DNA from: an uncultured Gemmatimonadales bacterium
GTDB lineage: Bacteria > Gemmatimonadota > Gemmatimonadetes > Gemmatimonadales > GWC2-71-9
Assembly: GCA_963779755.1 (NCBI GenBank)
Contig: CAVZZO010000001.1
Location: 416,001-480,000, forward strand
Direction of reading: 5' to 3'
Length of the DNA: 64,000 nucleotides
Shown: positions 1 to 10,300 of the stretch, one piece after another
How the letters are laid out: each line of letters begins with the position of its first letter
How positions within the stretch are numbered: position 1 is the first letter of the stretch
The notes under the pieces: generated by a model
The model's input: only the letters and a program-made list of their open reading frames with translations
Told to the model about the DNA's origin: nothing
The model's database searches: none
Translations under genes and position numbers: made by a program

Positions 1-2225
1 GCTGCGGCAAACTTTCCCTGCCGCACCTGGGCGTCCGCCAGGTTGGTATAGGAGATGGCACCGCCGCCGTTCCTGAGCGAGCGGCGCTCGACCGCCTCGG
101 CCTCGGCCCACTGGCCCTGCCGCATGTAGGCAATTCCGATGTTGTTCAGGGCCGGCATGTCATCGGGATACTTCTCCAGCAGGGTCCGATAGGTATCGAT
201 GGTGCCCTGCATGTCGTTATCCACGGTGAAGTGATAATACGCGATCACGTGGAGGCGCTCCCGTTCGCTCAAGCGATCGCGCAGCTGGTACGCGCGGGTC
301 GCGGCGCTGTCTGTCAGTTGCGGCTTTCCGCCGGGATTGGCCCAGGCTGCGAGCCGGCGCCAGCCCATGGCGAAGTTGCTGTCCAGCGCCACGGCCTGCT
401 GCAGCAGCTCAACGGCGCGCCGGTAGTCTCCCAGCTCCTGCCCGGCACGCGTGGCCTGGGTGTAGAGGCGCAGGGCTTCGGTCGAGGTGGTGGTGATTCG
501 CTCCAGCGGGGGGTCCGCCCGGACCTGGCGCAGCGATTCGCCGATCTTGGTGCGCAGCTGGCCGGAGAGCCGGTCCACCGCGTGGATCACTTCCTCGGGA
601 GAATTGGCCGTCTCCCGGGCGGAAAAGAGGGCGTCACCTGAGCCGGCCGCGACCAGGCGGGTGGAGAGCACGTACCCGCTTCCCAGGCTGCGGATGTCGC
701 CTGCGACATAGGCCTTGAGCCCCTCGCGCGCGGCGATTTCCCGCGCCAGGGCGGGGGTGATCACGCTGTCGTTGCGCTCCATGCGGTGCAGCACGTCCTG
801 CACCTGTGCCGGCTCCAGCAGGTTGACCGCGCGGGACTGCGACAGATCAATCCTGAACAACTCGGTGACGGTGCCGCCCAGGGTGGAGTCGGCCGTACGA
901 TTCTCGAAATCGGTGAGCAGCAGCCGGTCCTGGCCCTGCAGCACGCCCGAGGCCATGAGGGTCCCCACCGGCCCGATGCCAAGCAGGCGCATGGCCATGT
1001 AGACCGCGGTGGCCAGCGCCAGAGTTCCGAACGCGGCCCCGCCGCCCCAGAGCGCCTTGCGCCAGGTGATCAGGCCCTTCATGCCGGCCGGTGTGCCGGT
1101 CCAGGTGCCGGTCATGCGCGCCTGGGCGCGGTTTCGTTCCTGCCGGCCGGTAATCAGTATGATGGGGAGGCCGGCAAGCAGGAGGCCCACGGCCCCGGCA
1201 AAGACCCAGTCCGGCAGGCCCAGCTGCATCATCAAGAGCCAGGCCAGCGCCAGAATCAGCGCGGAGCCCAGGGCGTACAGGCCCAGGACCCGGGCCGGAT
1301 GACTCCGGCGGTAGGTGTGTTCCGCGCTGATGGCCGCCACCGGGGCCGTCCCGGTGGGCGTCATGCCGGCGGTCGGGGTGACAATGCTGCTCAAGGCCGG
1401 CAGCAGCTCGTCGGCGTTCTGCCAGCGGTCGGCCGGCCGCTTCTCCAGGCAGCGCATGACCAGTTCGGCCATGACCGGTGGGACGGCTGCGCGCCAGCGA
1501 GTCACCGGTTCGGGTGTCTGGGTGACGTGCGCGGCGAGGACGGCCTGGGGCGTGGGCCCGGTAAAGGGCGGCTGGCCGGCCAGCATTTCGTAGGCCAGGG
1601 CGCCCACGGCGTAGATGTCGGCCCGGTGGTCGGTGTGGGGGTCGGCCGCCGCCTGCTCGGGCGACATGTAGGCCGGCGTGCCCAGCGCCACACCCAGCGA
1701 GGTGAGCGAATGGCCCCCCTGATCGCCGCTGGAGGCACTCACCGCCTTGGCCACCCCGAAGTCGGTCACCAGGGCATGATGGTCCGACAGCATCACGTTA
1801 TCGGGCTTGATATCGCGGTGCACCACGCCGCGCCGGTGGGCCGCGGCCAGCGCGTCGACCACGTCGCGGAGAATCCGCGCCGCCTCGCCCACCGGCAGCT
1901 CGCCTTCCCGGGCGAGTTTGGCGCGGAGCGATTCGCCCTCGATATAGGGCATGACATAGTACAGCAGCGTCCCCGCCGAACCGGCGGTGAGCAAGGGGAC
2001 GATATGGGGATGCTGGAGGGAGGCGGCGAGCTTGATCTCGCGCTGAAAGCGCTCCTTGTTCACCCCGGCCGACATGTCGGGCGGCAGCACCTTGATGACC
2101 ACCCGGCGCTCCAGCTCGACTTCCTCGGCGAGGAAGACGCGGCTCATTCCCCCGCCGCCCAGCTCCTTGAGCAGGCGGTAGGTGGGGCTGAGGGCGTCCT
2201 GCAGCTCCGACTGGAGGTCGGACAT
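1..2225 (-). CDS. Ser/Thr protein kinase with about 3 TM helices and TolB-N/TPR C-terminal region (3' end outside window)
   Basis: Manual translation from ATG at 2225: MSDLQSELQDALSPTYRLLKELGGGGMSRVFLA...VVIK...HRDIKPDN...DFG...GTPAYMSPEQ; hydrophobic segments follow, then LLLTDFENRT and TPR-like helices; open to the window edge. Confidence 0.93.
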   Translation of the reverse strand, partial: MSDLQSELQDALSPTYRLLKELGGGGMSRVFLAEEVELERRVVIKVLPPDMSAGVNKERFQREIKLAASLQHPHIVPLLTAGSAGTLLYYVMPYIEGESLRAKLAREGELPVGEAARILRDVVDALAAAHRRGVVHRDIKPDNVMLSDHHALVTDFGVAKAVSASSGDQGGHSLTSLGVALGTPAYMSPEQAAADPHTDHRADIYAVGALAYEMLAGQPPFTGPTPQAVLAAHVTQTPEPVTRWRAAVPPVMAELVMRCLEKRPADRWQNADELLPALSSIVTPTAGMTPTGTAPVAAISAEHTYRRSHPARVLGLYALGSALILALAWLLMMQLGLPDWVFAGAVGLLLAGLPIILITGRQERNRAQARMTGTWTGTPAGMKGLITWRKALWGGGAAFGTLALATAVYMAMRLLGIGPVGTLMASGVLQGQDRLLLTDFENRTADSTLGGTVTELFRIDLSQSRAVNLLEPAQVQDVLHRMERNDSVITPALAREIAAREGLKAYVAGDIRSLGSGYVLSTRLVAAGSGDALFSARETANSPEEVIHAVDRLSGQLRTKIGESLRQVRADPPLERITTTSTEALRLYTQATRAGQELGDYRRAVELLQQAVALDSNFAMGWRRLAAWANPGGKPQLTDSAATRAYQLRDRLSERERLHVIAYYHFTVDNDMQGTIDTYRTLLEKYPDDMPALNNIGIAYMRQGQWAEAEAVERRSLRNGGGAISYTNLADAQVRQGKFAA

Positions 2226-2350
2226 GGCGGCCTGGGGGGAGGGGGGGACTCCCAGAAGATAGGCAGAAGGAGGGAGAGCGGGAAAGGACTGAAGACTGAT
2301 GGTCAGGAGTCAGGACTCAGGGGCTCGGAGTCGGGAGCAGGGACCGGGAA

Positions 2351-2545
2351 TCAGGAATCGGGGACCAGTCGCGCGAGCAGGCGCCTGACTTCTCTGACAC
2401 GCCAGTGGTCGTCCGGCAGGGGCGCGAGATGAGCCAGGGCTTCCCGGAGCGTCGTCCGGGCCTCCGCGGTCTTCCCCTGGGCGAGCAGCGCTTCGCCCAG
2501 GCGGTGCAGCGTCTGGCCAAGGTTGGGGCTATCGGGCTGCCGGGG
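2351..2545 (-). pseudogene. Orphan C-terminal TPR gene remnant
   Basis: Start-less frame PDSPNLGQTLHRLGEALLAQGKTAEARTTLREALAHLAPLPDDHWRVREVRRLLARLVPDS*, TPR-like, bounded by heptamer repeats. Confidence 0.6.
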
Positions 2546-2555
2546 AGGAGTGAGA

Positions 2556-2618
2556 AATCAGGAATCAGGGATCAGGAATCAGGGATCAGGGATCAGGGAT
2601 CAGGGATCAGGGATCAGG
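2556..2618. repeat. Heptamer tandem repeat (RATCAGG)x9; degenerate copies at about 2300-2361
   Basis: aatcagg aatcagg gatcagg aatcagg followed by (gatcagg)x5, read directly. Confidence 0.9.
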
Positions 2619-2717
2619 AGCGGCTCCGGGCCGAGGTATTAAGTTGAGGCCGGAGCCGTTTTCTGTGCCCGGGCTCTATTCCCGATACCCTTTTCCCCGT
2701 TTCCCCTCCATCAGACC

Positions 2718-4970
2718 ATGAGACTTCCCGCCATTCTGCTGGCTGTCTCCGCCGCAGCCGTTCCGTCGCTACTCCCGGCCCAGGCCAGCCCGCAGGATAT
2801 CGCCCGGTGGCAGCAGGAGGCCGGGCGCGTCACCATCACCCGCGACGACTGGGGCATTGCCCACGTCTACGGGAAAACCGACGCCGACGCGGTCTTCGGG
2901 ATGGAATACGCCCAGGCGGAAGACGACTTCAACCGGGTGGAGACGAACTACCTGAATGCGCTGGGGCGGCTGGCCGAGGCCGAGGGCGAGTCGGCCATCT
3001 ACCGCGACCTCCGGATGAAGCTGTTTATCGATCCCGATTCGCTGAAGAAGCAGTATGCCGCGAGCTCCGCCTGGCTCAAGGCGCTCATGGATGCCTTCGC
3101 CGACGGTCTCAACTACTACCTCTACACCCATCCCGAGGTGAAGCCGCGGGTCATCACCCGGTTCGAGCCCTGGATGGCGCTGAGCTTTACGGAGGGGAGC
3201 ATCGGGGGGGACATCGAGCAGATCAGCCTGCGCGATCTCGAGGCCTTCTATGGGACGCAGGTCGGGGCCCTGCCGCCGCCGGAGGCCGGGGCGGCCGCCG
3301 GCGCCGGGCTGGCCGTCGCGTCGTTCCCCGCCGAGCCTTCCGGCTCGAACGGGATCGCCATCGCGCCGCAGAATACGCTGAATCACCACGCTCTGCTCTA
3401 CATCAATCCGCACACCTCCTTCTACTTCCGTTCGGAACTGCAGATGGCGAGCGACGAGGGGCTGGACGCGTACGGCGCGGTGACCTGGGGGCAGTTTTTC
3501 ATCTACCAGGGGTTCAACGCCACGGCGGGGTGGATGCACACCTCGAGCGGGGTGGACAACATCGACGAGTTCCTCGAGACCCTGGTGCAGCGGGAAGGCA
3601 AGTACTTCTATCGCCATGGTGAGAAGATCCTGCCCCTGGTGACGCATCGCATCACGGTGCCCTACCGGACGGCGGCCGGCAAGGCCCGGAAGACCTTCAC
3701 CGCCTATTACACCATGCATGGTCCGGTGGTGCGGAAGGCTGGGACGAGCTGGGTGAGTGTGAGCCTGATGCAGTCGCCGGTGAAGGCACTGATCCAGTCC
3801 TATACCCGGACCAAGGCGAAGAACTACGCCGAGTTCCGGAAGATCATGGACCTGCACACCAACTCGTCCAACAACACCGTCTTTGCCGATGCGGAAGGCA
3901 ACATCGCCTACTTCCATTCCAACTACATCCCCCGCCGCGACACGTCCTTCGACTGGACGAAGCCGGTAGAGGGGAGCAATCCGGCCACCGACTATCACGG
4001 CGTACTCGCGGTGGATGAGACGCCCAATGTGCTGAACCCGGCGTCGGGCTGGCTCTACAACTCCAACAACTGGCCCTGGTCGGCGGCGGGGCCGGACAGC
4101 CCGAAGCGGGAGAACTATCCCGCCTACGTGGAGCGGGGGCGCTGGGAGACGGCACGCGGTCATCATGCGCTGAAGGTTCTGTCGGGGAAGAAGGACTTCA
4201 CCATGGCCTCGCTCACCCAGGCGGGGTTCGACAGCTACCTGCCGGCCTTCGCTGCCATGGTGCCGCCGCTCCTTCGCGCCTATGACGGCCTCCCCGCGGC
4301 CGATACCCTCAAGGCGAAGCTGGGCGGCCCCATCTCGGCGCTGCGCGATTGGGACGACCGGTGGGGGGTGAACTCGGTCCCGACTTCGCTCGCGGTCTAT
4401 TGGGGCACCACGATCCTGCGCAAGATCTACCGGGAGTCGGCCGATGCCGGGATGTCGGCCGAGGACTACGTAGCCCAGCACGTACCGCCGGCGCAGCTGC
4501 TGGCCAGCTTCGCCGCGGCGGTGGGCTGGCTGAAGAAGGATTTCGGCCGCTGGCAGACGCCCTGGGGGCAGATCAACCGCTTCCAGCGGCTGGACGACAG
4601 CATCGAGTCGCATTTCGACGACTCGAAGTGGAGCATCCCGGTGCCGTTTACCTCCGCGCTGTGGGGCTCACTGGCCTCATTCGGGGCCAGATCCTATCCC
4701 AACACGAAAAGGTGGTACGGTACCAGCGGGAACAGCTTCATTGCGGTGGTGGAGTTCGGCGACAGCGTGCGGGCCCGCGCGGTAACAGCCGGCGGGGAGA
4801 GCGGGAATCCGGACTCGCCGCACTTCAACGACGAGGCGACGCAGTACGCCATGGGCGCGTTGCGGCCGGTGTACTACTACCGCTCGCAGCTGGCCGGGCA
4901 TACGGAAGCGATCTATCATCCGGGCGAGGAGAAGAGAGAAAAGGAAGTAGGGGAAAGGGAAAAGGATTGA
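2718..4970 (+). CDS. Penicillin acylase family Ntn-hydrolase (peptidase S45), exported
   Basis: Signal peptide; ITRDDWGIAHVYG, YAQAED, catalytic beta-chain start G-SNGIAI, NPH, NSNN motifs. Confidence 0.93.
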   Translation: MRLPAILLAVSAAAVPSLLPAQASPQDIARWQQEAGRVTITRDDWGIAHVYGKTDADAVFGMEYAQAEDDFNRVETNYLNALGRLAEAEGESAIYRDLRMKLFIDPDSLKKQYAASSAWLKALMDAFADGLNYYLYTHPEVKPRVITRFEPWMALSFTEGSIGGDIEQISLRDLEAFYGTQVGALPPPEAGAAAGAGLAVASFPAEPSGSNGIAIAPQNTLNHHALLYINPHTSFYFRSELQMASDEGLDAYGAVTWGQFFIYQGFNATAGWMHTSSGVDNIDEFLETLVQREGKYFYRHGEKILPLVTHRITVPYRTAAGKARKTFTAYYTMHGPVVRKAGTSWVSVSLMQSPVKALIQSYTRTKAKNYAEFRKIMDLHTNSSNNTVFADAEGNIAYFHSNYIPRRDTSFDWTKPVEGSNPATDYHGVLAVDETPNVLNPASGWLYNSNNWPWSAAGPDSPKRENYPAYVERGRWETARGHHALKVLSGKKDFTMASLTQAGFDSYLPAFAAMVPPLLRAYDGLPAADTLKAKLGGPISALRDWDDRWGVNSVPTSLAVYWGTTILRKIYRESADAGMSAEDYVAQHVPPAQLLASFAAAVGWLKKDFGRWQTPWGQINRFQRLDDSIESHFDDSKWSIPVPFTSALWGSLASFGARSYPNTKRWYGTSGNSFIAVVEFGDSVRARAVTAGGESGNPDSPHFNDEATQYAMGALRPVYYYRSQLAGHTEAIYHPGEEKREKEVGEREKD

Positions 4971-5076
4971 GGAAAGAGGACTCGGGACTGAGGATCCGAT
5001 CCCATTCTGGGACCAGGTGGTCTCGAGCTGGGACCCGTCAAGCCTCCGCCGACCAGACCCCAGCCGCTGGACCACA

Positions 5077-5130
5077 TTGACAGCGAGAGGGTCGGGTCGT
5101 ATTTTCACGTTTCATGAAACGTGAAAATAC
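5077..5130 (+). promoter_or_regulatory. Sigma70-type promoter overlapped by a perfect 32-bp palindromic operator
   Basis: TTGACA (5077-5082), 17 nt, TATTTT (5100-5105); palindrome GTATTTTCACGTTTCATGAAACGTGAAAATAC (5099-5130) ends at the base before ATG 5131. Confidence 0.85.
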
Positions 5131-5649
5131 ATGCGACAGATAACCCTTCGCCCAGCGGATGTTGCCGTGGCTCTTGCGCTCAGCCTGGAGGAGGATCAGC
5201 CATATCCCAGACTGGCGGAGAAGGTAGGTCTGAGTCTTGGGGAGACTCATAATGCCGTTCGGCGCCTGACCCAGGCCGGGCTCCTGTCGTTGACGGGGCG
5301 GCGCCCGGTCCGCTCGTCCCTGCTGGATTTTCTGCGTTCCGGAGTTCCCTACGCGTTTCCGGCTCAAATGGGTGCGGAGACCCGGGGCGTTGCGACCGCC
5401 CGGAGTGCGGAGCCCCTGTCCCGGGAGTTCACCTCGGGACCATCCCTGGTGTGGCCCAGTTCAGCAGGGTCTGTGCGGGGCCAGAGCATCGTTCCGCTGT
5501 ATCCGGGGGCTCTGAAACTCCCGGAGAGGAATCCCGAACTGTACCGCCTCCTCACGCTGGTGGATGGTATCCGGGCGGGTCAGGCCCGTGAGCGGAAGCG
5601 GGCAGCAGAGATACTGGCCAGCGAAATACTGGGCCGGCCCGGCAGGTGA
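5131..5649 (+). CDS. Winged-HTH protein, putative type IV (AbiEi-like) antitoxin/autorepressor
   Basis: N-terminal HTH (YPRLAEKVGLSLGETHNAVRRL); GTGA overlap with a nucleotidyltransferase gene; operator palindrome upstream. Confidence 0.7.
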   Translation: MRQITLRPADVAVALALSLEEDQPYPRLAEKVGLSLGETHNAVRRLTQAGLLSLTGRRPVRSSLLDFLRSGVPYAFPAQMGAETRGVATARSAEPLSREFTSGPSLVWPSSAGSVRGQSIVPLYPGALKLPERNPELYRLLTLVDGIRAGQARERKRAAEILASEILGRPGR

Positions 5650-6365
5650 CGGGGAGTCCCGTCGGCCCCGGCTCCGCTCTTCTGAGGCTCGCTGTCACGA
5701 GGCTCCAGCCGCTCCTTGCCGACTTGGTCTTTGTCGGTGGGCAGGTCGCCGAGCTGCTGATTACCGATCCCGCAGCGGTGCGAATCCGGCCCACCGATGA
5801 TATTGATGTAGTTACCCGGGCTGTCACCCGCGGGCAGTATTTCGAATTGGGGCAGGAACTGCGCAAACTGGGCTTTCGGGAGGATACGAGTCCTGGTGCT
5901 CCGCTTTGCCGCTGGCATACCGAGGACGGAATCCGGCTCGATGTAATGCCGGTGGCCGGAAAGATTCTCGGTTTCTCCAACCGTTGGTACGAACGGGCGA
6001 TAGAGCGTCCGCTGGAAGTCCAACTGGAAGGCCTGCCCGTCCGGGTGGTGAGCGCGCCGGTGTTCCTGGCAACCAAATGGGAAGCCTTCGAGGGGAGGGG
6101 CGGTGAGGATTACTTTGGCTCCCACGATCTGGAAGACATTCTTACCCTGGTGGCGGGCAGGCCCGAGTTACCGGAAGAGCTGCGTAACGCTCCGGGAGAC
6201 GTTCGGGAATGGGTCGCTGGGAGATTTCGCGACTTCCTCGGACTGGCGCTGTCGGATGATGTTATCGCCGGGGCGCTTCCGGATGCCAGGCAGGCTCCCG
6301 ATTTGATACCGCGGGTGCGAGATCGCATCGCAGGAATGGCCCGGCTCGGCCATGAACCTGATTAG
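5646..6365 (+). CDS. Nucleotidyltransferase-fold protein, putative AbiEii-like toxin
   Basis: VFVGG...RPTDDIDVV (GG + DxD Pol-beta NTase signature), LATKWEAF, SHDLED. Confidence 0.75.
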   Translation: MTGSPVGPGSALLRLAVTRLQPLLADLVFVGGQVAELLITDPAAVRIRPTDDIDVVTRAVTRGQYFELGQELRKLGFREDTSPGAPLCRWHTEDGIRLDVMPVAGKILGFSNRWYERAIERPLEVQLEGLPVRVVSAPVFLATKWEAFEGRGGEDYFGSHDLEDILTLVAGRPELPEELRNAPGDVREWVAGRFRDFLGLALSDDVIAGALPDARQAPDLIPRVRDRIAGMARLGHEPD

Positions 6366-6394
6366 CGCGTCACCCTCAGCGATTCTGCAAATCC

Positions 6395-6928
6395 ATGGCT
6401 GAACTCATCTGGGAAGGCAAATACGACGAACAGGGGCGCAAGGTGGCGCCGCCCCGGATTGCGCTGCCCTTTCAGACGGTGGAAACGGTCAACGAATCCG
6501 CTGCCGACCGGGAGCGGATGCAGGATCTCTTTGCCGCCGGGCGGAAAAGCGAGTGGCGGAACCGCCTCATCTGGGGCGACAAGAAGTACGTGCTGCCGTC
6601 GCTGCTGGAGGAGTTCGCGGGGAAGGTCAACCTGATCTATATAGATCCGCCGTTCGCCACGGGGGGCGATTTCTCTTTCACTGCCAGCATTCCGGATGAT
6701 CCGGACACGGAAGGAGACCAAAGCGCGAGTTTCGTGAAGCAGCCCAGCCTGATCGAGCAGAAGGCGTATCGAGATACTTGGGGGAAGGGGCTAGATGGCT
6801 ACCTTGGTTGGTTCTTCGAAACAGTGGTATGCTTGCGAGACCTTCTCGATTCCAATGGCTCCCTCTATGTCCACTTGGACTACACGGTGGGCCACTATGC
6901 CAAGGTCATCTTGGATGAGGTTTTTGGG
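6395..6928 (+). pseudogene. mod: 5' fragment of type III R-M DNA methyltransferase (Mod)
   Basis: MAELIWEGKYD...NRLIWGD...LIYIDPPF...AYRDTWG...LDEVFG, then homology stops; no SAM-binding FxGxG motif. Confidence 0.85.
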
Positions 6929-7334
6929 CCTCGCCTTCGCTGCCGGCAAGACAGTCTTCAACCTGGCGGCGGGGGACAACGACTTCGAAGCCCGCTTCGC
7001 GCGTTTCCTGCAGGAGGCACCGGACGTGACGTCCTTCGCGAAGCTTCCTTCCCAGTTCGGCTTTGCCATCGAGTATACGGACAGTAAGGCCAGTCTTCGT
7101 TACTACGAGCCGGATTTCGTTGCTATCCTCTCCGACGGGGTCCACTGGCTGATTGAAACCAAAGGCCGGGAGGATACAGATGTCATTCACAAGGATCGAG
7201 CGGCAAGTCTCTGGTGTGAAAACGCCTCCCGGCTCGGCGGCCAGCAGTGGCAGTACCTGAAGGTCCCCCAGGCCGGGTTCGAAAAGCTGCTACCTACGGC
7301 GTTCGCCGATCTTGTCGTTTTCCATTCTTCCTAG
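6929..7334 (+). pseudogene. res: 3' fragment of type III R-M restriction subunit (Res nuclease domain)
   Basis: KTVFN...NDFEARFARFL...YEPDFV...WLIETKGRED PD-(D/E)xK nuclease end, in a different frame from mod; helicase domains absent. Confidence 0.8.
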
Positions 7335-7347
7335 CACCGGACTACCC

Positions 7348-10300
7348 ATGCTCCGATCCTCCCTTGCCATCCTGGCGCTCTTCGTCCTGCCGGCGCTCCT
7401 CACCGCCCAGACCCGCCTCCTGCACCAGCCCGACGTCAGCGCGCGCTACGTCGCCTTCGAGTATGGCGGCGATATCTGGCTCGCGCCCCGCGACGGGGGT
7501 GAGGCCCGCCGGGTGACCTCCTCGCCCACGGTGGAGCGCGACCCGCACTTCTCGCCCGACGGGAAGTGGCTGGCGTTCACCGGCGGCTATGGCGGCAACG
7601 CCGACGTGTACGTGGTGGGGGTGGACAGCGGCGCGCCGCGGCGGCTCACCTGGCACCCGGGGCCGGACCTGGTCCGCGGCTGGACGCCGGACGGCCGGAA
7701 CATCGTCTTCATGTCTCCCCGGATCAGCGTGCCGGACGCCGAGCCACGGCTGTGGACGGTGCCGGTGGAAGGTGGCTTTCCCACCGTGATGGCGGTGCCG
7801 CAGGCAGATGCCGGTGCCGTCTCTCCGGACGGCTCGTCGCTGGCCTACCAGATGGTGCGGCCCTGGGAAAGCGAGATGCGCAACTACCGGGGCGGCCAGA
7901 ACCAGCCGATCCGGGTACTCGACCTCAAGACCTACGCGATGCAGAAGCTTCCCTGGGCCGGAAGCCGGGACCAGCAGCCGGTGTGGCTGGGTTCGACCAT
8001 TTACTTCATCTCGGACCGGGACTGGACCAATAACGTCTGGTCCTACGACACGCAGACGAAGGCCCTGAAGCAGATCACCCACTTCAAGGATTTCGAGGTC
8101 GAGAGCGTGAACGCCGGGGCGGGCGCCGTGGTGTACGAACAGGCCGGGGACATCCACCTGTTCGACCCCGCCTCGGGCGCCGACCGGAAGCTGGCGATTC
8201 ACGTAGCGGGCGACTTCCCCTGGGCCATGCCGCACACGGTGGAGGTGGCAAAGGCGCTTACCGCTCCGCAGCTGAGTCCCACCGGCGTACGTGCCCTGTT
8301 CGAGGCGCGCGGCGAGGTTCTCACCGTCCCCACCGACAAGGGCACCTATCGCAATCTGACCCGCAGCTCGGGCGTGGCCGACCGCTCGCCCGTCTGGTCG
8401 CCCGACGGCAAGCGGATCGCCTGGTTCAGCGACAGTTCCGGCGAATACCAGCTGATGGTGACGGACCAGGACGGGCTGGCGGAGCCGAAGGTCTATCCCC
8501 TGGCCCATCCCAGCTACTTCTACGCGCCGGCCTGGTCGCCCGACGGGTCCAGGATCCTGTTCACCGACGCGGAAATGCATCTGCGGGTGCTGGACCTGGC
8601 CACCGGCAAGGAGACCATGGTGGACCAGGGCAACTACACCTGGCCCGACCGGGACATGTATCCCGCCTGGTCACCGGACTCGAAGTGGATCGCCTACACC
8701 AAGCGGCTCAAGGGCTCGCAGTTCCACGCCGTGTTCGTCTACCACGCGACGGACGGCAGCGTGCACCAGCTGACCGACGGGCTGTCCGACGTGATCACCC
8801 CGGCCTGGGGCCGGAGCGGCAAATACCTGCTCTTTCTCGCCTCCACCGACTTCGCGCTCAATACCGGCTGGCTCGACATGAGCTCCTACGACCGGCCGGT
8901 GCAGCGCGGGGTGTACCTCGCGGTGCTCTCGCAGAAGGATCCTTCTCCCCTGCTGCCGGAGGCCGGCGACGAGCGCGGCGACAGTGCGAAGGCGGCGCCG
9001 GATAGTGCCGGGAAGAAGGGGCCGAAGGATTCGGTGTCGGTCACCATCGACTTCGACGGCTTCTCCCAGCGGATTCTTTCCCTGGATGTTCCCAGCCGGG
9101 ATTACGTGGGGCTGCAGGCCGGCAAGGCGGGGCAGTTTTTCTATCTGGAGCGGGTGCCGCACCATGCGGATGTGCTGCACCGCTACGATCTGGACAAGCG
9201 GAAGGCGATCGCCTTCGTCCCCGCCGCGGCCGAGCAGTACGCCATCTCTGCCAGCGGAAAGAAGCTGCTCTTCCAGCGCGCCTCCTCCGACGGCGACGCC
9301 AGTGGCCAGTGGGCGGTGGTGGACGACGACACCCCGGGACCGGCGCCCGATTCCGCCTCGCTCGCCACGTCGCAGCTGAAGGTGGACCTCGATCCGCAGG
9401 CCGAGTGGCGGCAGATCTTCCGGGACGCCTGGCGGATCGAGCGGGACTACGTGTACGTGGCCAACCTGAACGGGGCCGACTGGCCCGCTATCCGGACCAG
9501 GTACGCGGTCCTGCTGCCCTGGGTGAGGCACCGGATCGACCTGACCCAGCTCCTGGACCAGATGCAGGGTGAGCTGGCTTTGGCGCACACCTTCGTCGGC
9601 GGCGGGGACATGCCGTCCGCCGATGTGCGGCCCGCCGGCCTGCTCGGCGCCGATCTGGAGGTGGCCAACGGCCGCTACCGCATCCGGAAGATCTACACCG
9701 GCGAGAACTGGAATCCGGACCTGCAGGCGCCGCTCTCCGCGCCGGGGGTGAACGTGCGGGAAGGCGACTACCTCCTGGCGGTGAACGGCCGGGAGCTGCG
9801 GCCGCCGGAGAATCCGTACGCTGCCTTCCAGGGCACCGTGGGGCAGCAGGTGCAGATCCGGGTCAACGCCCGCCCGGTGCCGGCGGGCTCGCGGCTGGTC
9901 ACCGTGGTGCCGATCGCCAACGAGGCGGGGCTGCGCACCCGCGACTGGATCGAGACCAACCGCCGAAAGGTGGATTCGCTCTCCGGCGGCAAGCTGGCCT
10001 ATGTCTATGTGCCCAACACCGGCGGCAGCGGGTACACCAGTTTCAACCGCTATTACTTCGCGCAGCAGGACAAGCAGGGCGCGGTGATCGACGAGCGGTT
10101 CAACCACGGCGGCAGCATTGCCGACTACATGGTGGACATCATGAGCCGGCAGCTGCACGGCTATTTCAACCAGCGCCTGGGCGACCACTACAATGCGGTG
10201 ACCGCGCCGGCCGCCGCGATCTGGGGACCCAAGGTGCTTATCATCAACGAGATGAGCGGTTCGGGCGGCGACATGTTCCCCTACATGTTCCGCCAGATGA

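Noticed and set aside
4925..5000. Purine-rich tail at the end of the acylase gene
   Set aside because: Low-complexity degenerate short repeats overlapping the stop; no specific function supportable.
6395..7334. Programmed frameshift or phase-variable mod gene
   Set aside because: The two parts belong to different proteins (Mod and Res) and essential domains are missing; deletion explains it better.
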